Shown here: positions 22,693 to 36,200 of the stretch, piece by piece
How the letters are laid out: the number at the start of each line of letters is the position of its first letter
How positions within the stretch are numbered: position 1 is the first letter of the stretch
Assembly (NCBI GenBank): GCA_964057225.1
Contig: OZ059896.1
Coordinates: forward strand, 6,448,001-6,512,000
Source: Auanema rhodensis
Lineage: Eukaryota; Animalia; Nematoda
Reading direction: 5' to 3'
Length of the DNA stretch: 64,000 nucleotides
Translations under genes and position numbers: made by a program
Notes under the pieces: generated by a model
Seen by the model: the letters and a program-made list of their open reading frames with translations, nothing else
Database searches by the model: none
Told to the model about the DNA's origin: nothing

Positions 22693-25600
22693 ATGCATAT
22701 AACCTCGTGGGTTTTGCTCCTTCTAGTTGCTGCTTGCTCGGCACAGCATGGTGATGATCGATGCAAAGATCGTTCCTGTTATCCAGTTACTGGTAATCTT
22801 CTGATTGGACGTAAACATAGGCTCAAAGCCTCATCCTCATGTGGTACTACTAAAAGAGAAAGGTTGATAAAAACAGATATTTGGTATTTATGAACTTAGT
22901 TGTTAAGATTTTGCATTGTATCTCACTTGGAAGAACAAACTAAATGCTTTTACTGTGATTCAAGAACTGAGTGGCAACCATACAGGGAACCTTACAGACT
23001 CAGTCACAGGTTTGATTAATTTCATATACTAGCTTTACGTCGATATTGAAGAATTGAAAATGTTGTAACCGATCCTTATGATAACAACAATAAAAATAAG
23101 AAATGGTGGCAATCTGAAAATGGATTCCAAAATGTTTCTGTAAGTTAATTCCCGTTCCTCAGTTATCACTTCAACAGCAACTTTTCTTCAGATTACATTA
23201 GATTTGGAAGCTGAGTTTCATTTTACTCATTTAATTATGACTTTCAAATCTTTCCGTCCTGCGGCTATGATAATTGAAAGATCTGCAGATTTTGGAAAGA
23301 CATGGTGAGTTTCTAACGAGAAAAGTACCATTGCAAATGTCAACTGATAATTTTTCTGCGCATATTGCGTAACGTTGAAAACCGAAGTAAAGTGTAATCA
23401 TTCGCTTCCTACCGTTTTTTGCTAACTCAAAGTTTTTTATTTTTTCATTTTTTCTATTAATAATTTGTTCTTAGTAGATGAAATTAGTTTTTATGATATT
23501 TTTTTAAGGAAAGTTTATCGTTATTTCGCTTACGATTGCGCTGGATCATTCCCTGGAATTCCTGAAGGACCTCCAAAGAAACACGAAGATGTCATTTGTA
23601 CTAGAGCTTATTCCGATGTTGCACCTTCTACTGGAGGAGAGGTTATTTTTCGTATAAAGAATTATATTTAAAATTATATTTTTCAGTTAGTGTACAAAGT
23701 AATATCACCACATATTGCTACTGAAAATCCATACGCCGAAGAAATTGCAAACTTATTGAAAATTACTAATCTTCGATTTAATTTTACCAAATTGCATACT
23801 TTAGGAGATGATCTGTTAGATTATAGGTAAATCATTGAATTCAGTTGGCATATTAATACTGAATTTTTACAGACCTGAAATTGATGAGAAGTACTACTAT
23901 GCCATTTATGAAATTGTTGTTCGTGGTTCCTGCTCTTGCTATGGTCACGCTTCTCGTTGTATTCCCATTGATGGTAGTGACGGCGAAAACAGACCTGATA
24001 TTGTAAGTAATTTTTTCTTTTATTAATTTTTTTTTCTCCTTGTTTCAGGTTCATGGTCGTTGTGAATGTATGCACAATACAGAAGGCTTGAATTGTGAAC
24101 GCTGTCGCGATTTCTACAACGATCTTCCCTGGAGACCTGCCATTGGAGAAGATACTAATGAATGCAGACGTTGTGAATGTAACGGTCATGCAGCTCGTTG
24201 CCATTTCGACAAGGCTGTATATGAAGCCAGTGGTGGGCTAAATGAAACGTTTAAAATGCTTATTTGTTTTTGTAGGCTTTGTATCTGGTGGTGTGTGTGA
24301 TGATTGTCAACACAATACTCAAGGAAAGAACTGTGAACAATGTAAACCATTCTTTTACCGTGATCCCCGTCGCGAGATTTGGGATCCTCATGTATGCATG
24401 CCCTGCGATTGTGATAAGAGCGGTTCAGTAGATGGAGTATGGTCTCGGTATATAAAATATATTTTAAACATTTATTTATAGGGAATCTGTGAAGGAGAAG
24501 AAGACAAAGAAAGAAACCTCGTTGCTGGAAAATGCTATTGTAAAACAAATGTGGATGGACCAAGATGTGACCGATGTAAAAACGGCTATTGGAATCTTAC
24601 CGCTACCAACCCCGATGGATGTATTGCTTGTACTTGCAATTTATTGGGTACCTACAACAACGAAGGATGCGATAAATATTCAGGAAAATGTGCCTGTAAA
24701 CGTCTTGTTACGGGAGAAAACTGCGATCGCTGCTTGGTAAGAAATCTTCAAAGTACTTTAAATTTAAAAAATTTGTTTGTAGCCAGAGCATTATGGTCTG
24801 TCTGAAGATCCTGATGGATGCAAAGCCTGTGATTGTGATATTGGAGGATCCTTTGATAACAGTTGTGACTTGGCCACAGGACAATGTAAATGTCGCGAAG
24901 GATTCAATGGACGAAGGTTACATATTTATGATATAATTCACATAATATGTTTCTTTATAGATGCGAAACTGCTGATTCTAGTTTCTATTGCGCTAATATT
25001 GATCATTACACCTATGAAGCTGAAAAGGCTAATGTGACATATGTAAGATTAAGACTTAATACTATTTTCTTATTTTTTTTTGTAGGGTGATATCGAACAT
25101 CGTGAAATTCCAATTGATAAATATCAACATACTTGGACTGGCGAGGGATTTGCTCGTATTAATGAAAGAACTTCGATTGAGTTCGATGTTAATAATCTGC
25201 AAATCAGCCAGCTATATAACGTAATTCTGAGATACGACACAGGAAGAGATCCAGTCGGTTGGGAGAATGTTGAAATTACCATTGTAAGACCAGGAGAAGT
25301 TGATCCTAATGGAAAGTGTGCAAACAGTGATCCTTCTAATGATTTCTTAATTGCTCGTTTGCATCCAGGTAGAGAATCTTCGAAATGAAATTATTTTAAA
25401 AGAAACTGTTTAGGAGGACGATATGTTGAGGTTAGACCTGCTGCATGTCTTGAAGCTGGAGTAAACTACAAAATACTCGTTCAATTCGGAGAAAAGAGAT
25501 CTGGAGCTCAAGACAGGGCAGCCTGGGCCTTGATAGATTCTCTAGTTTTGGCTCCCCCCTCTGACGAGTTGGAAATATTCAAGACCTCTAGAGGCCAGCA

Positions 25601-28600
25601 ATATCGCACGGAATATGACCGATACCAATGTAGAAACTTGGCTCTTGCACTCACTCCTCGTGAGCAAATTTCCGAGGTTTCATTCGCATCTTTTTTTCTT
25701 TTTTATTTCTTTTTTTCTAGACTTGCGCTAGATATATTTGTCCTGTAGCTGCTGCCATATTAAACAAGACTTCAGAATGCGATTGTGACCCTACCGGATC
25801 TGTTTCTGGAATATGTAATGTTAAGGGTGGTCAATGTGAATGTAAACCAAATGTTATTGGTAGAAGGTAAGTATCGTTTCTTTTTCAAAGTGTTTATATA
25901 AATCTATAGATGTGATCAATGCGCAGTTGGAACCTACGGTTTTGGTCCACAAGGCTGTGCTGAATGCGCTTGTGACTCTGTTGGATCTTTGAACAATCGT
26001 TGCGATAAACTTAGTGGACAATGTGTTTGCCGTGAGAAGGGAATATATGGAAGACAATGTAATCAATGCCAGCCAGGATTCTGGAGTTTCCCAGATTGCC
26101 GAGTAATTATAATCTAAATACATATATTTTTTAATACGAATCTTAGGTTTGCCAATGTAATGATCATGCCAATATTTGTGATCAAGTTACTGGAGCTTGT
26201 ATCGAATGTCGTGACCTTACTGCTGGGCACTATTGTGACCGCTGCCAAGATGGATACTACGGAGATCCAAGACTTGGCGTTGGACTACCTTGCAAACCTT
26301 GTCCTTGTCCAGGTGGCCCAACTAGTGGATTCCAGCATGCTGATACTTGTTACTTACGTCCTGCAAACAATACCCAAGATGTTGTTTGTAATTGCAAGTA
26401 TGTTTTGTTATGGAGTCCCAACACTAATAATTTGTTTGTAGTGCTGGTTATTCTGGAGAAAGATGTGGAAAATGCGCTACTAACTATTGGGGAAATCCAA
26501 CTGAAGTAGGAGGAACTTGTGAGCGTTGTGATTGTAATGGAAATATTGATATGGTCATCGAAAAAAGTTGTGATGCCGTTACGGGAGAATGCTTGAAATG
26601 CCTTCATAATACTGAAGGAGCTCAATGTGAACATTGTATCGAAGGATTTTTCGGAGATGCTAAAATTCGTAGCTGTCAGCACTGTGTTTGTAACTCCTTG
26701 GGAACTAATTCTTCGATGGGAGCTTGTGATCGCATTACTGGACAGTGTCCATGTTTCCCTAACGTTGTTGGAGGACAGTGTGATCAGTGCGCAGAAAATC
26801 ATTATAATCTTTCAAGTACGCACGTAAGTTTTTCAGATTTGTTCTTCAGTTTTCACTTATATTTGTCTTTTATAGGGATGTTCCGCATGTGACTGCGATC
26901 CTAATGGTGTTATTCCTAAAGGTGATGGTGAAGCAGATCTTCAATGCAATGCTTTCGATGGGCAATGTAAATGCAAACCTGGAAGAGGAGGACGAACATG
27001 CTCAGAATGTGAAGATTATTATTGGGGTGATCCAACAAAGCCTGACGGTTGCAACAGATGTGAATGCAACCCAACTGGTTCGGCTAGCCAGCAATGCCAT
27101 CGAAACAACGGTACCTGTGCTTGTTTACCTGGGTCTGGTGGAGCTCTTTGTGACGAATGTGCCCGTGGGTACACCGGCAGATGGCCTTACTGCCAACCAT
27201 GTGGAGAGTGTTTCCATCAATGGGATGGCATTATTCAAGGACTCAAAGAGCAGGTCACTAATCTTATCGATAGTGCTAATAACATCGAAGATACCGGCGT
27301 TGCTTCCGCATATGATTCTGAGTTTGAGAAGATGGAAGCTACATTGGAAGAAACTAAGAAGAAATTAGCTGACGCTAATATCAGCAAGGAACATATGGAG
27401 CAATTGGAAGAAGAAGTGGGTAGATTGAAAAAGGAAGTTGCTGCTGCGCACAGCCGTTTGGAGGGAATTGAATCCAGAATTTCAAACGCTACCCAAGCTG
27501 TTGACTTCGCTCAGGAAGATCTGAAGAGAATTCAAGAAGATTCTGAAAAGTTGACACAAGCTGCTGACGATCTAAATGAGAAAGCTAACAAAATCAAAGA
27601 AGCAGATGTACAAGGAGCTTATAATATTACAAAAGAATCTTCGACCAAGTCTCTACTAGCTCAACAAAAAACAGATGTAGCTATCAGTAAGCTAGCTGCA
27701 GCAGAAAGTGAAGCCCGTGCTGCTGAAGAGTTGTTAGATAGCAATAAAGATGATTTCGAGAAACAATACTCTGAAAACGAAGCTGCTTTGGTTGATAGTG
27801 AAAAGGCGGTAAGTATTAAGATGTGTTACTATTAATTGAATTTGCTTTTAGCTCCATATGCTCGAAGCTGCCTTGCCTGCCCTTAATGGTGAGGTTTGTG
27901 GTGCTGCTTCTGCTCCTTGTGACTCGTTATGCGGTGGACCTGGATCATGTGGATTCTGTGGTGGAATGACTTGTCCCAAAAAGGATGGTGCAGTGAATAA
28001 AGCAGAACAAGCTAAGAGTTTTGCTTTGGAAGCAGATCATAAGCTCAACCAAAAACAAAAAGAAGCTGAAGACGTTTTGACTTTAGTGCGTGACGTTCAC
28101 CAATGGACTGAAACAGCTAAAAAAGATGCGAACGGAGCTTTAAAAATTGCTAAGGATGCCGCTGACAAAGCGAACGTCACTAGAACTGAGTTAGACGAAA
28201 TCATTGATCAAATGCAAAGCTTCTTGAAATCACCAAGAAGTAGTCCTGAAGAAATCCGAACTCTTTCCGAAGAAGTCCTTGCCATGAAAATTAGCTCTAC
28301 TCCAGAACAAATCGCAGAATTATCTGAAAAAATTCGGGAAGCTTTAGCCAAGATTAATAACATCAAGGATATTCTGGATGAAACTAAAGAGAAAAAGGCT
28401 ATTGCTTCCGATCTTGAATCTCGAGCTCTTGCCGCTAGTGAAAAAGCAGCTGCAATTAAAAATACAACTGACACTGTTAAAGAAGCTCTAGGAATTGCAT
28501 CAGACGCCCAAACTGCTGCATCTGAAGCTATTCTTGCTGCCAATGAAGCTATGAAGGAAGCTAGGGAAGATTTGGAATCTGCCAGAAACGAAACAGTTGC

Positions 28601-29132
28601 CACTGAATTGGCTGCCAAGGCGGCAAATGAATCTCTCTCTGGTTTGGAAGGTGAAATGAAAAAAGTCAAGGTTCAATATCTTCAAATCGCCGATGATGCC
28701 AAGAGTGCTTTTGAATTAGTGGACAAAGCTTTACAAGCTTCTTCAACCGCCGAACAGGGAAATAAGCAGATGACGGTATGAAAATTCGGAAATTTAGTGG
28801 ATTATCATATACTATTTTAGACTGATATCGAAAAAGCTCGCGAATTACTTGAAGAGCGATCTGAAGGAAATGATGGACCCCAGAAAAGAGCTGACGATTT
28901 GAGACAAAGAGCTTCAAAATTGCTTTACAATGCTTTACGTCATAATGAAGATATTAATGGTACCTCTTCAATGAAAAAAAAATGAATTAATCTCTTTTCA
29001 GCTTTAACAAAGGACGCTTCAGATGTTAAACTTGACGATTATCAAAGAGCATTAGATGAATTGACTACTCGGTTGGAGTTGGTTACGAAAGATATTCACA
29101 CTAGAACAGAATTCTACGCACATTGCGACTAA
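22693..29132 (+). CDS. lam-1: Laminin beta chain, more than 20 short introns
   Basis: Signal peptide [17 protein letters not shown]; LN domain ([55 protein letters not shown]); many laminin EGF repeats; LF domain; coiled coil with the [12 protein letters not shown] beta-knob; ends FYAHCD*. Confidence 0.97.
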
Positions 29133-29737
29133 ATCATAGATAAAATAAACCAATATGTAACATATTGATTTATTATAACTATACATCTCCTTACTGGTTT
29201 TTTTCGGAACTTTCTAACAACCTGACGAGCACTATTACGTTATTCTAAAGTTAATCAAGTTAATAGAAAAGGAAATGCTTTTGTTATAGCCCCAATTTAC
29301 TTCTTTTCCTCATCTATTGCCATCTAACATTATTTCTTTTCACACGTGTACGTGCCTTATTGTGAAACAAAATGACGCGCCACGTCTTTCACGTAAAACA
29401 TTATTATTATTAATATTTTTGAAAAAACGGTCTCTAAACTGCGTTTTACATGATATCTCCTTACGAAGAAGATATTGGAATCATATTTTCACAGTATTTT
29501 AAGAGTAACTTCACCCTTCATTGTTATAATTTTTATATTTCTTCTTCATAACTTAAACCGCGGATACTAATTATTATATTATAAGTAGGACAAATAATAT
29601 TTATCCTGTTTTCCCGGTTGCGTTTTACTACTTAATAAAGTTTCTATATATCTGTTGATAAAGTTTAAATGGGTTGAGTTTCAATTTATACTTTTGAAAA
29701 AACATGGGAGCTATTGTAATCCAAATGATATTCCTAG

Positions 29738-31203
29738 ATGTTCAAACTTACTAGATGTATAAGTAATAAAAAGTTTTCAAATATTTTAAATACGGAAGCA
29801 GGTGAGATCTTTGTAAAAGAGGTTACAAGTAGAATGAATAAGGTAAACATATTCTACTAAGTTTTAAATCCTACTGATTAGGCCAAACTTGGAGAGATAT
29901 CAACGACCAGTAATACTGTTCGATATTGGGAGAAAGTTGCGAATTACTCAGAAATTGTTGAATTAAAAAAAAAAGAATTACAGCAAATAAGAAGTTTGAT
30001 TGAGGGTGAGAGTTCGCCTACATATTCCATTAAATATTCACTATGAATGATTTAGAAAATACAGATCCAGAATTAAAAATTCTTGCTGAAGAGGAGGAAA
30101 TTTCAGTTAATGATTCTTTAAACCATGACATGCTTAATCTAGCACACGCTATCGTTCCATTAACCGAAATGGATGTGCTTCGAAAATGTCAAATAGAATT
30201 CACGAGGTAAACGTGTATATTATTCAAGGAGACCATTCATTTAGTGGAGCTGGTGGACAAGAAGCTATGTTGTTCACAGGGGAACTTTTAGAGATGTATA
30301 GAAAATACGCTGAATGGAAAGGATGGAAGGTTACATACACCTTCGTATTCTTCATTTATACCGATATATTGTAGTGGGAACCGATTCAATTGGAAGACGT
30401 TGCACTAGGAGGTGTACGCTCCGCTCTCATCGGTGTTTCTGGAGAAAATGCGTATTCCAGTTTAAGGTATGTATATAGTTTTCCATGCTAAACCGTATTC
30501 AAACTTAGATTTGAAGCGGGAGTTCACAGGGTTCAACGTATTCCATTAACGGATAAATCAAGAATGCATACCAGTACTGCAAGTATAGCTATTTTACCAG
30601 AGCCTGAAGAGGTTTTATTGAGTTCCTTCACATGTTTAACAACAGTTCTAGGTATCAGTCGTTGTTCCGTCCGATTCTGTCAAAATCGAGACGATGAGAG
30701 CTTCTGGCCCTGGTGGCCAAAATGTGAATAAACGTTCAACAGCAGTTAGGATGACGCATAAAGAGACAGGAATAGCTGTACACTGTATGGACGAACGATT
30801 CCAGCATCTCAATATTCAAGTTAGAACTTGGGAGTTTATATGACTTATAATAAGCTATTCAGATCGCATATAAAAGATTGGCTGCTATTTTGTTGCAGCG
30901 TCAAGTTGATGAGCAAAGTGATAAATTTTCTTCAGATAGAAAATTACAGGTCATATTACAAATTATAGTTTTTTAATCATTGTTTTTCTTTTTCAGGTAG
31001 GATCTAAGGCCAGAGCTGAAAAAATTAGGACATACAATTTTCAACATGATCGAATAACTGATCATCGGGTACAAATGCACATTGGCAACATTGAAGAATT
31101 TATGAAAGGTACAGAATCGTTGGAATCAATGATTACTAGACTAAATGAAGAACATATGCTAGAGAGATTACGATACATCATCAATAATTGTACCCTTGAA
31201 TAG
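29738..31203 (+). CDS. Mitochondrial peptide chain release factor 1 family protein
   Basis: Basic N-terminus [12 protein letters not shown]; [27 protein letters not shown]; [14 protein letters not shown] (PxT motif); [12 protein letters not shown] (GGQ motif); [19 protein letters not shown]. Confidence 0.9.
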
Positions 31204-31267
31204 TTAAATTTTAGTAAAAAATACAAAATTTATAATAAAATTATTTTATTTTACCCGTTTTTGAAAT

Positions 31268-32063
31268 TTATACAATATTATCGATAGTAGAGATTATCAA
31301 CAGAGGCAAGTGTATAGATAAAAAACCCGCTATCATGGAAACGGTGTCTTGCATGAAACGAGGAATCGTGCTCAGAAGCAAAGCTGAAAAATTAAAGCGA
31401 TGATGTGCTAAAGAAAATCAAACTTACGAATATGTTCTGCATATTGTCTTCTATTAGGTGGTACAATGGACATTAGCATCTGCATGCTTTCATCGTTTAT
31501 TTTACTTGGATCGCCCTGATAACAAATAAATAAGCATATTAAAAGTAAAAAAACCTTATAAGTGAAAAATGCTAAAGTGAAATGAAATACAGCCCAGGGA
31601 AGAATGACATTGGCATCATAAATAAACAATGTCAGAAGCTTTAACAACATTCCTAAACTTGTGAGGTATATTGAGGATAAGAACAGTAGCGTTACCAAAA
31701 CATAAAGCAGTGCAAATATTTCTTCTCCATAACACATGAAAAGGAGACGTTTTACGAGGTGGGAACGAAGCAACATTAATATTATTACTGGTGGCATCTA
31801 AAATTGCTCTAATGATGTATAAGAACTAAAAGCAGTACCTGCAGGAGGAGATGGAACAAAAGAAAAAGCTTCTCCTCCTTCCATAGCTGGAGCTAAACGT
31901 TTTTCATCTTGAAGAAACTATTTTTAAATTTTTTATCGAGTTTAAGCTAACCTCCATCAACACCAGATAATATCATATTCATTCTCTCAGCTGAATTCTT
32001 TAATATTTTTTGCCTTCTTCTCTCACGAAGCTCGGCAGCTGTAGGTCCACTAATATTATCCAT
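31268..32063 (-). CDS. Get2/CAML-like ER membrane protein (tail-anchored protein insertase subunit), ~6 exons
   Basis: N-terminal AAELRERRRQKILKNSAERMNMILSG matches the basic Get3/TRC40-binding motif of Get2/CAML. A low-complexity linker and three hydrophobic segments follow, the last being FMQDTVSMIAGFLSIH. Confidence 0.7.
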
Positions 32064-32325
32064 TATTCTTTAAAAAAATAATGACTTCAAAATAATTATT
32101 TGTGCTATATAAGTTCAAGAAAGAAGCTCAATTTGATTTTTAATATGCAAAAAATATTATATGTAGTTGTATAATTGCTAACACATCACACTTCTGCTCT
32201 AATGCTAAACTCGCCCTCGTCGAGTATTGGTCCTGCAACGCCTATTTCATGCCACCGTAATAGAGTTGCAGGCGGTGTAGACCCCTGATTTTTATCCCAG
32301 AGTCGTAGTTTTTGGGACTTTTTAA

Positions 32326-32893
32326 ATGTTTTTAACTTCACCCGTATTTAAAGAATCTGCTCTTACTAAAGGTAGATTTGTCTATCCTAAAGTAACTGTT
32401 TTTTCTGAGATACTCCCTTTGGCCTCAAAAAATCAAGTTGCCGTGAAAAAGGCTCGCGCTGCAGGTAAAAAAATGTTATTTTTATTTCTGCTATTTGTTT
32501 GTTGTTTTTAGCATCATCTTGTACTCAAGAATTGCAAGCGCTTTTTGGATGTCTTAAAAAATGGGAGTTTGATGATAAACCATGTTCAAAGCAACACGTT
32601 GAGTATATGGACTGTGTGCACGAGTCTGAGAAGGCTGCTAGGGAATTTAAGGAAGCTGCGAAAAAGGTTTTTTTTTTCGGATTTTTCTAGATTTTTATAT
32701 TTATCGTTTGTAGGGTGCTCTTGGTGAGGGTCAGAGTGGATCAATTACATCTGCGCAGTTTAACAAACTTATGAAGCTCTTTCCTCAGCCTGATCTCGGT
32801 CAGAGCCCATATCGGCAGATGAATCGTTTACCTACCCAGTCATACGCGGATGATATTTTTCATCGCAAACACTGGAAAGGAAAACGTAGTTAA
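32326..32893 (+). CDS. CHCHD1 / mitoribosomal protein mS37-like, 3 exons
   Basis: Twin CX9C motifs (CTQELQALFGC..CSKQHVEYMDC) follow PLASKNQV; LKKWEFDD and FNKLMKLFPQP are also present. Confidence 0.82.
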
Positions 32894-33069
32894 ATTTAGA
32901 ACACGATATTTTATCAAAATAGTTGATTTATTTGTCCAACGGGTATTATGTATAAACTTAGGTTTTCATTTTGTCTCATTTCTCATGCGTTGATTCGCCT
33001 CTTATCTTGTTCGTTTTCTTACTGTGTTTGTCATAGGAATCATTGATATTCATTAACTTACAGGGTATA

Positions 33070-33273
33070 ATGGCCGCCTTGAAAAAGTTTTTCATCAAGC
33101 GCAAGCTCGCCAAGAAGCAAAAGCAAAACCGTCCAATGCCACAATGGGTGCGCATGAAGACTGGTAACACCGTAAGTACAAGAATATGAATACCAAGTAC
33201 TAAATTTATTTGATTTAAGATCAAGTACAACTCCAAGAGACGCCACTGGAGACGCACCAAGCTGAAGCTCTAG
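33070..33273 (+). CDS. rpl-39: 60S ribosomal protein L39 (eL39), 2 exons
   Basis: [34 protein letters not shown] / [17 protein letters not shown], with an intron at 33172-33219. Confidence 0.97.
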
Positions 33274-36200
33274 ATGTTGTGGCATCATCTGTTATTGTTA
33301 TATTGCTTCAATCCTTATTCTTGAATGAAGACATTGTTGCATCGTTTCGTGTGTTCTTCTTATGCCTAATTGAGTTGCAAGAAATGTGTCGGGATATCGA
33401 TTCGTAATGGGAGGGAGTCCGGACAGAGTAGCTAACTAGAACTCTGTTCGTATGAGTGATGCGACATTTAGCTGTTGCTCTTTTATTTGTTAACTGGTCT
33501 AAAATATATTCGTTGGTGTGCTACACCTGTGGTTCAGAGTCTGGCAACAGCTCTTGCGTCGTTAATCCACAGAGCCACAAATGGCAATTGTGTGAGGGGC
33601 AATGTCAAGTCCGTTAATGATTGTTGCTATTAAAAATAGATTTGAATAGGTTTGGCGTTTATACTCGGAGGTGGACTCTTCTGTATACATGTTTGAACGG
33701 TCTTGCAATACGCTTTGTAGGGAAGGTTGTACATTCCTTTCAGACATGGAACATAGATTTGTCGGGTTTGTATATTGTATTTTGTTTGCGTATTAATAAT
33801 TCACGGATATCTTAAAATTGTTCAGGTGCTCTTCATGTTGCGAGACAGATTTCTGCAATACTGGAAACTCTTCTGATAGATTGCCATCAAAGTCACCATT
33901 TATTATTGTGTTTTTTTACTTGTGCAAAGTGTATTTTTAATTTTTGGTCCAAGATCGATTGACATTTGTGTTTATTTGATGCTTGGTCTTTCAGTATAGT
34001 CTTCGTTTTTGTAGTCTAAGTAAAGTTAATCTGTTGCTCATTTGATGTACTTGATCCCAGATAAAGTAAGGGTATTAAAAAAGGACCTGTTCTTTAGTTC
34101 TGCTAATCTGTTTCCATATGAGTCCCCATTGCTCTAAGTAAGTGTGCTATTTGACATAGGCACAACTGTTTTTTATCAACAGAAATGTGAAGAATTCTGA
34201 GAATGAACAGCAACATTTGATATGGACTGTTTGTTCATTTTCAAATTTCATTTTCTGTTTAATTATATTGTTATATAATGTTCACGAATGTTCTTATAAA
34301 ACTAGCTTCATGTGTTTAAATTATTATTTTCGATATTAGAAATATTTTTATTTGTAAGAAAGCATTGTAGTATTCATTTATCGAAGGCGAAAGTCAATCA
34401 ATTGTGAATTAAATTTTTTCTAAAAACCCATCTGTGTATCACAAGACTACTCAAGATAGGTGTAACTTGTATAAACTGCACAACGAAGTAACCTCATTAT
34501 TGTTTCTATGAAGATATAGAACTATATTTGAATTCTGAGTTGAATTTGTACGTTTCTTTTTCTCGATTTTATAAAAAGCCGATTGGAAAGACATCTCCCA
34601 TTTTCGGTTTTGTGTCTTTGGCTCATGATTCCGAAATCGGATAGCATGAATTGAATTTAGCAAGAAGAAGTCATCGTTCTTTCAACGTACCCGCCACAAC
34701 ATCCTGAAAGACTTTACCTTTCTCTTAGTGTAGTACTCTACTATTTTTTTTTATAAAAAAAAATATATATATATACGTATCATAAGTATTCTAACACTTG
34801 TTTTCTGCCTAACTAGCTGAAATAAGAACAATAAACTATGATTTTAAAGAAAATAATTTCAATCAATAACTTGTTATTAAATGATTGTTCGCGATAGTAT
34901 AGTAATTAAAATTCAATATAGTAGTTATCTGGTATACCAATAACTTTTGTCTTATTGACTTCTTTTTTTTTCTGAGATCAAAAGGTATTACTCTCTCATT
35001 CTTCTTATGTTTTAAACCATGCACGTATTAACTGTTTTCTTAGCCTTATTAGTTGTTATTGAATATTTATTTTATGTCCATTTAAAAGAAAGTGAATTTA
35101 TTTTCTCTTATCCTATTTTAAAAAATGTTTCAAGAGTTATTGACGTGAACTGTTGAATGCCATAATGTCAAAATTACAGACAAAAGCAACTTTGAACATG
35201 TTTCAATAAACCAATAAAATTCAATTCACACAGTGTTATAAGTATATGTTCATATGTTATAAGTCGAAATATTAAGTTAAATATGATTTCTTATTAAGAA
35301 AAGACTTGATGCATACTCATACTCCGCATTTCCTGCTCATCTGAAGTTTTTTGAGCGTACACATAACTTTTTACAATCAAAAGAAATAATCTTGAAATTT
35401 ATTTTGATATTTGAGTTTAATAGAATATAGATATAATCTATATTCAGGTACATACATACATATATTCAAATTTCAATCTATCTTAAGTAGACAAAAAGTT
35501 TGTTTTAGACTATATAAATATGATATAGGGAACTGAATTCAACATGAAAACGTTTTTATTGGTTTAGACTAATCATTGGCTTAACTTTTTTGAACACAGA
35601 GATTAAACCTAACTATATTTACAAAGCTAACACTTTCCCGATCATTATAAATAATTTTAATGAGAACTTTTTTTTATCTTGAAAGAAAAAAAATAATAAT
35701 ATAGAAATATCTAGTTTTTTTTTGATTTTCATATAGTTAAACTTCATTCTGGAAACAACTAAAGAATATTCTTTGACTTCGTATTGATTTGAAATTATTT
35801 CTTACTAATATGGTTTATTAATAATTTTGTTTTTCATGTCTACTTTTTCAGAATCTTTGATTACAATATAAAAACTTAAATCGCATATACAAAATATTTG
35901 AGCAGTTTGAGATCATTGGAGAGAAAGAGAGAGGGGACAAACCGTTTGATAACAACTTAATTGCCAGTTTGTTCTGAGCTTTTTTGCAGTTGTCAACAAA
36001 AGTTCAAGGCTCAAAAAAAATTCCTTGTTTATGCCCTTTGTCATTGGCTTCCTTTTCAATGTTATTCTGAACGAACTTCACCAAGACGTTAAAAGTATTA
36101 AACGATCAAATCAGAGCACTATTCTGAAGTGTTCTTTGAAATTCGTTTTTCCCTTTCTAAATATTAGATGATCTTTTTGTCTCAGTTTCTGAATATCTTG

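Noticed and set aside
28208-28669. 153-aa antisense ORF and other minus-strand ORFs within lam-1
   Set aside because: Expected by-product of coiled-coil and EGF codon usage on the plus strand.
33364-33369. GCCTAA as a telomerase RNA template near the structured region
   Set aside because: Only one repeat unit; a template needs about 1.5. No TTAGGC arrays occur in the window.
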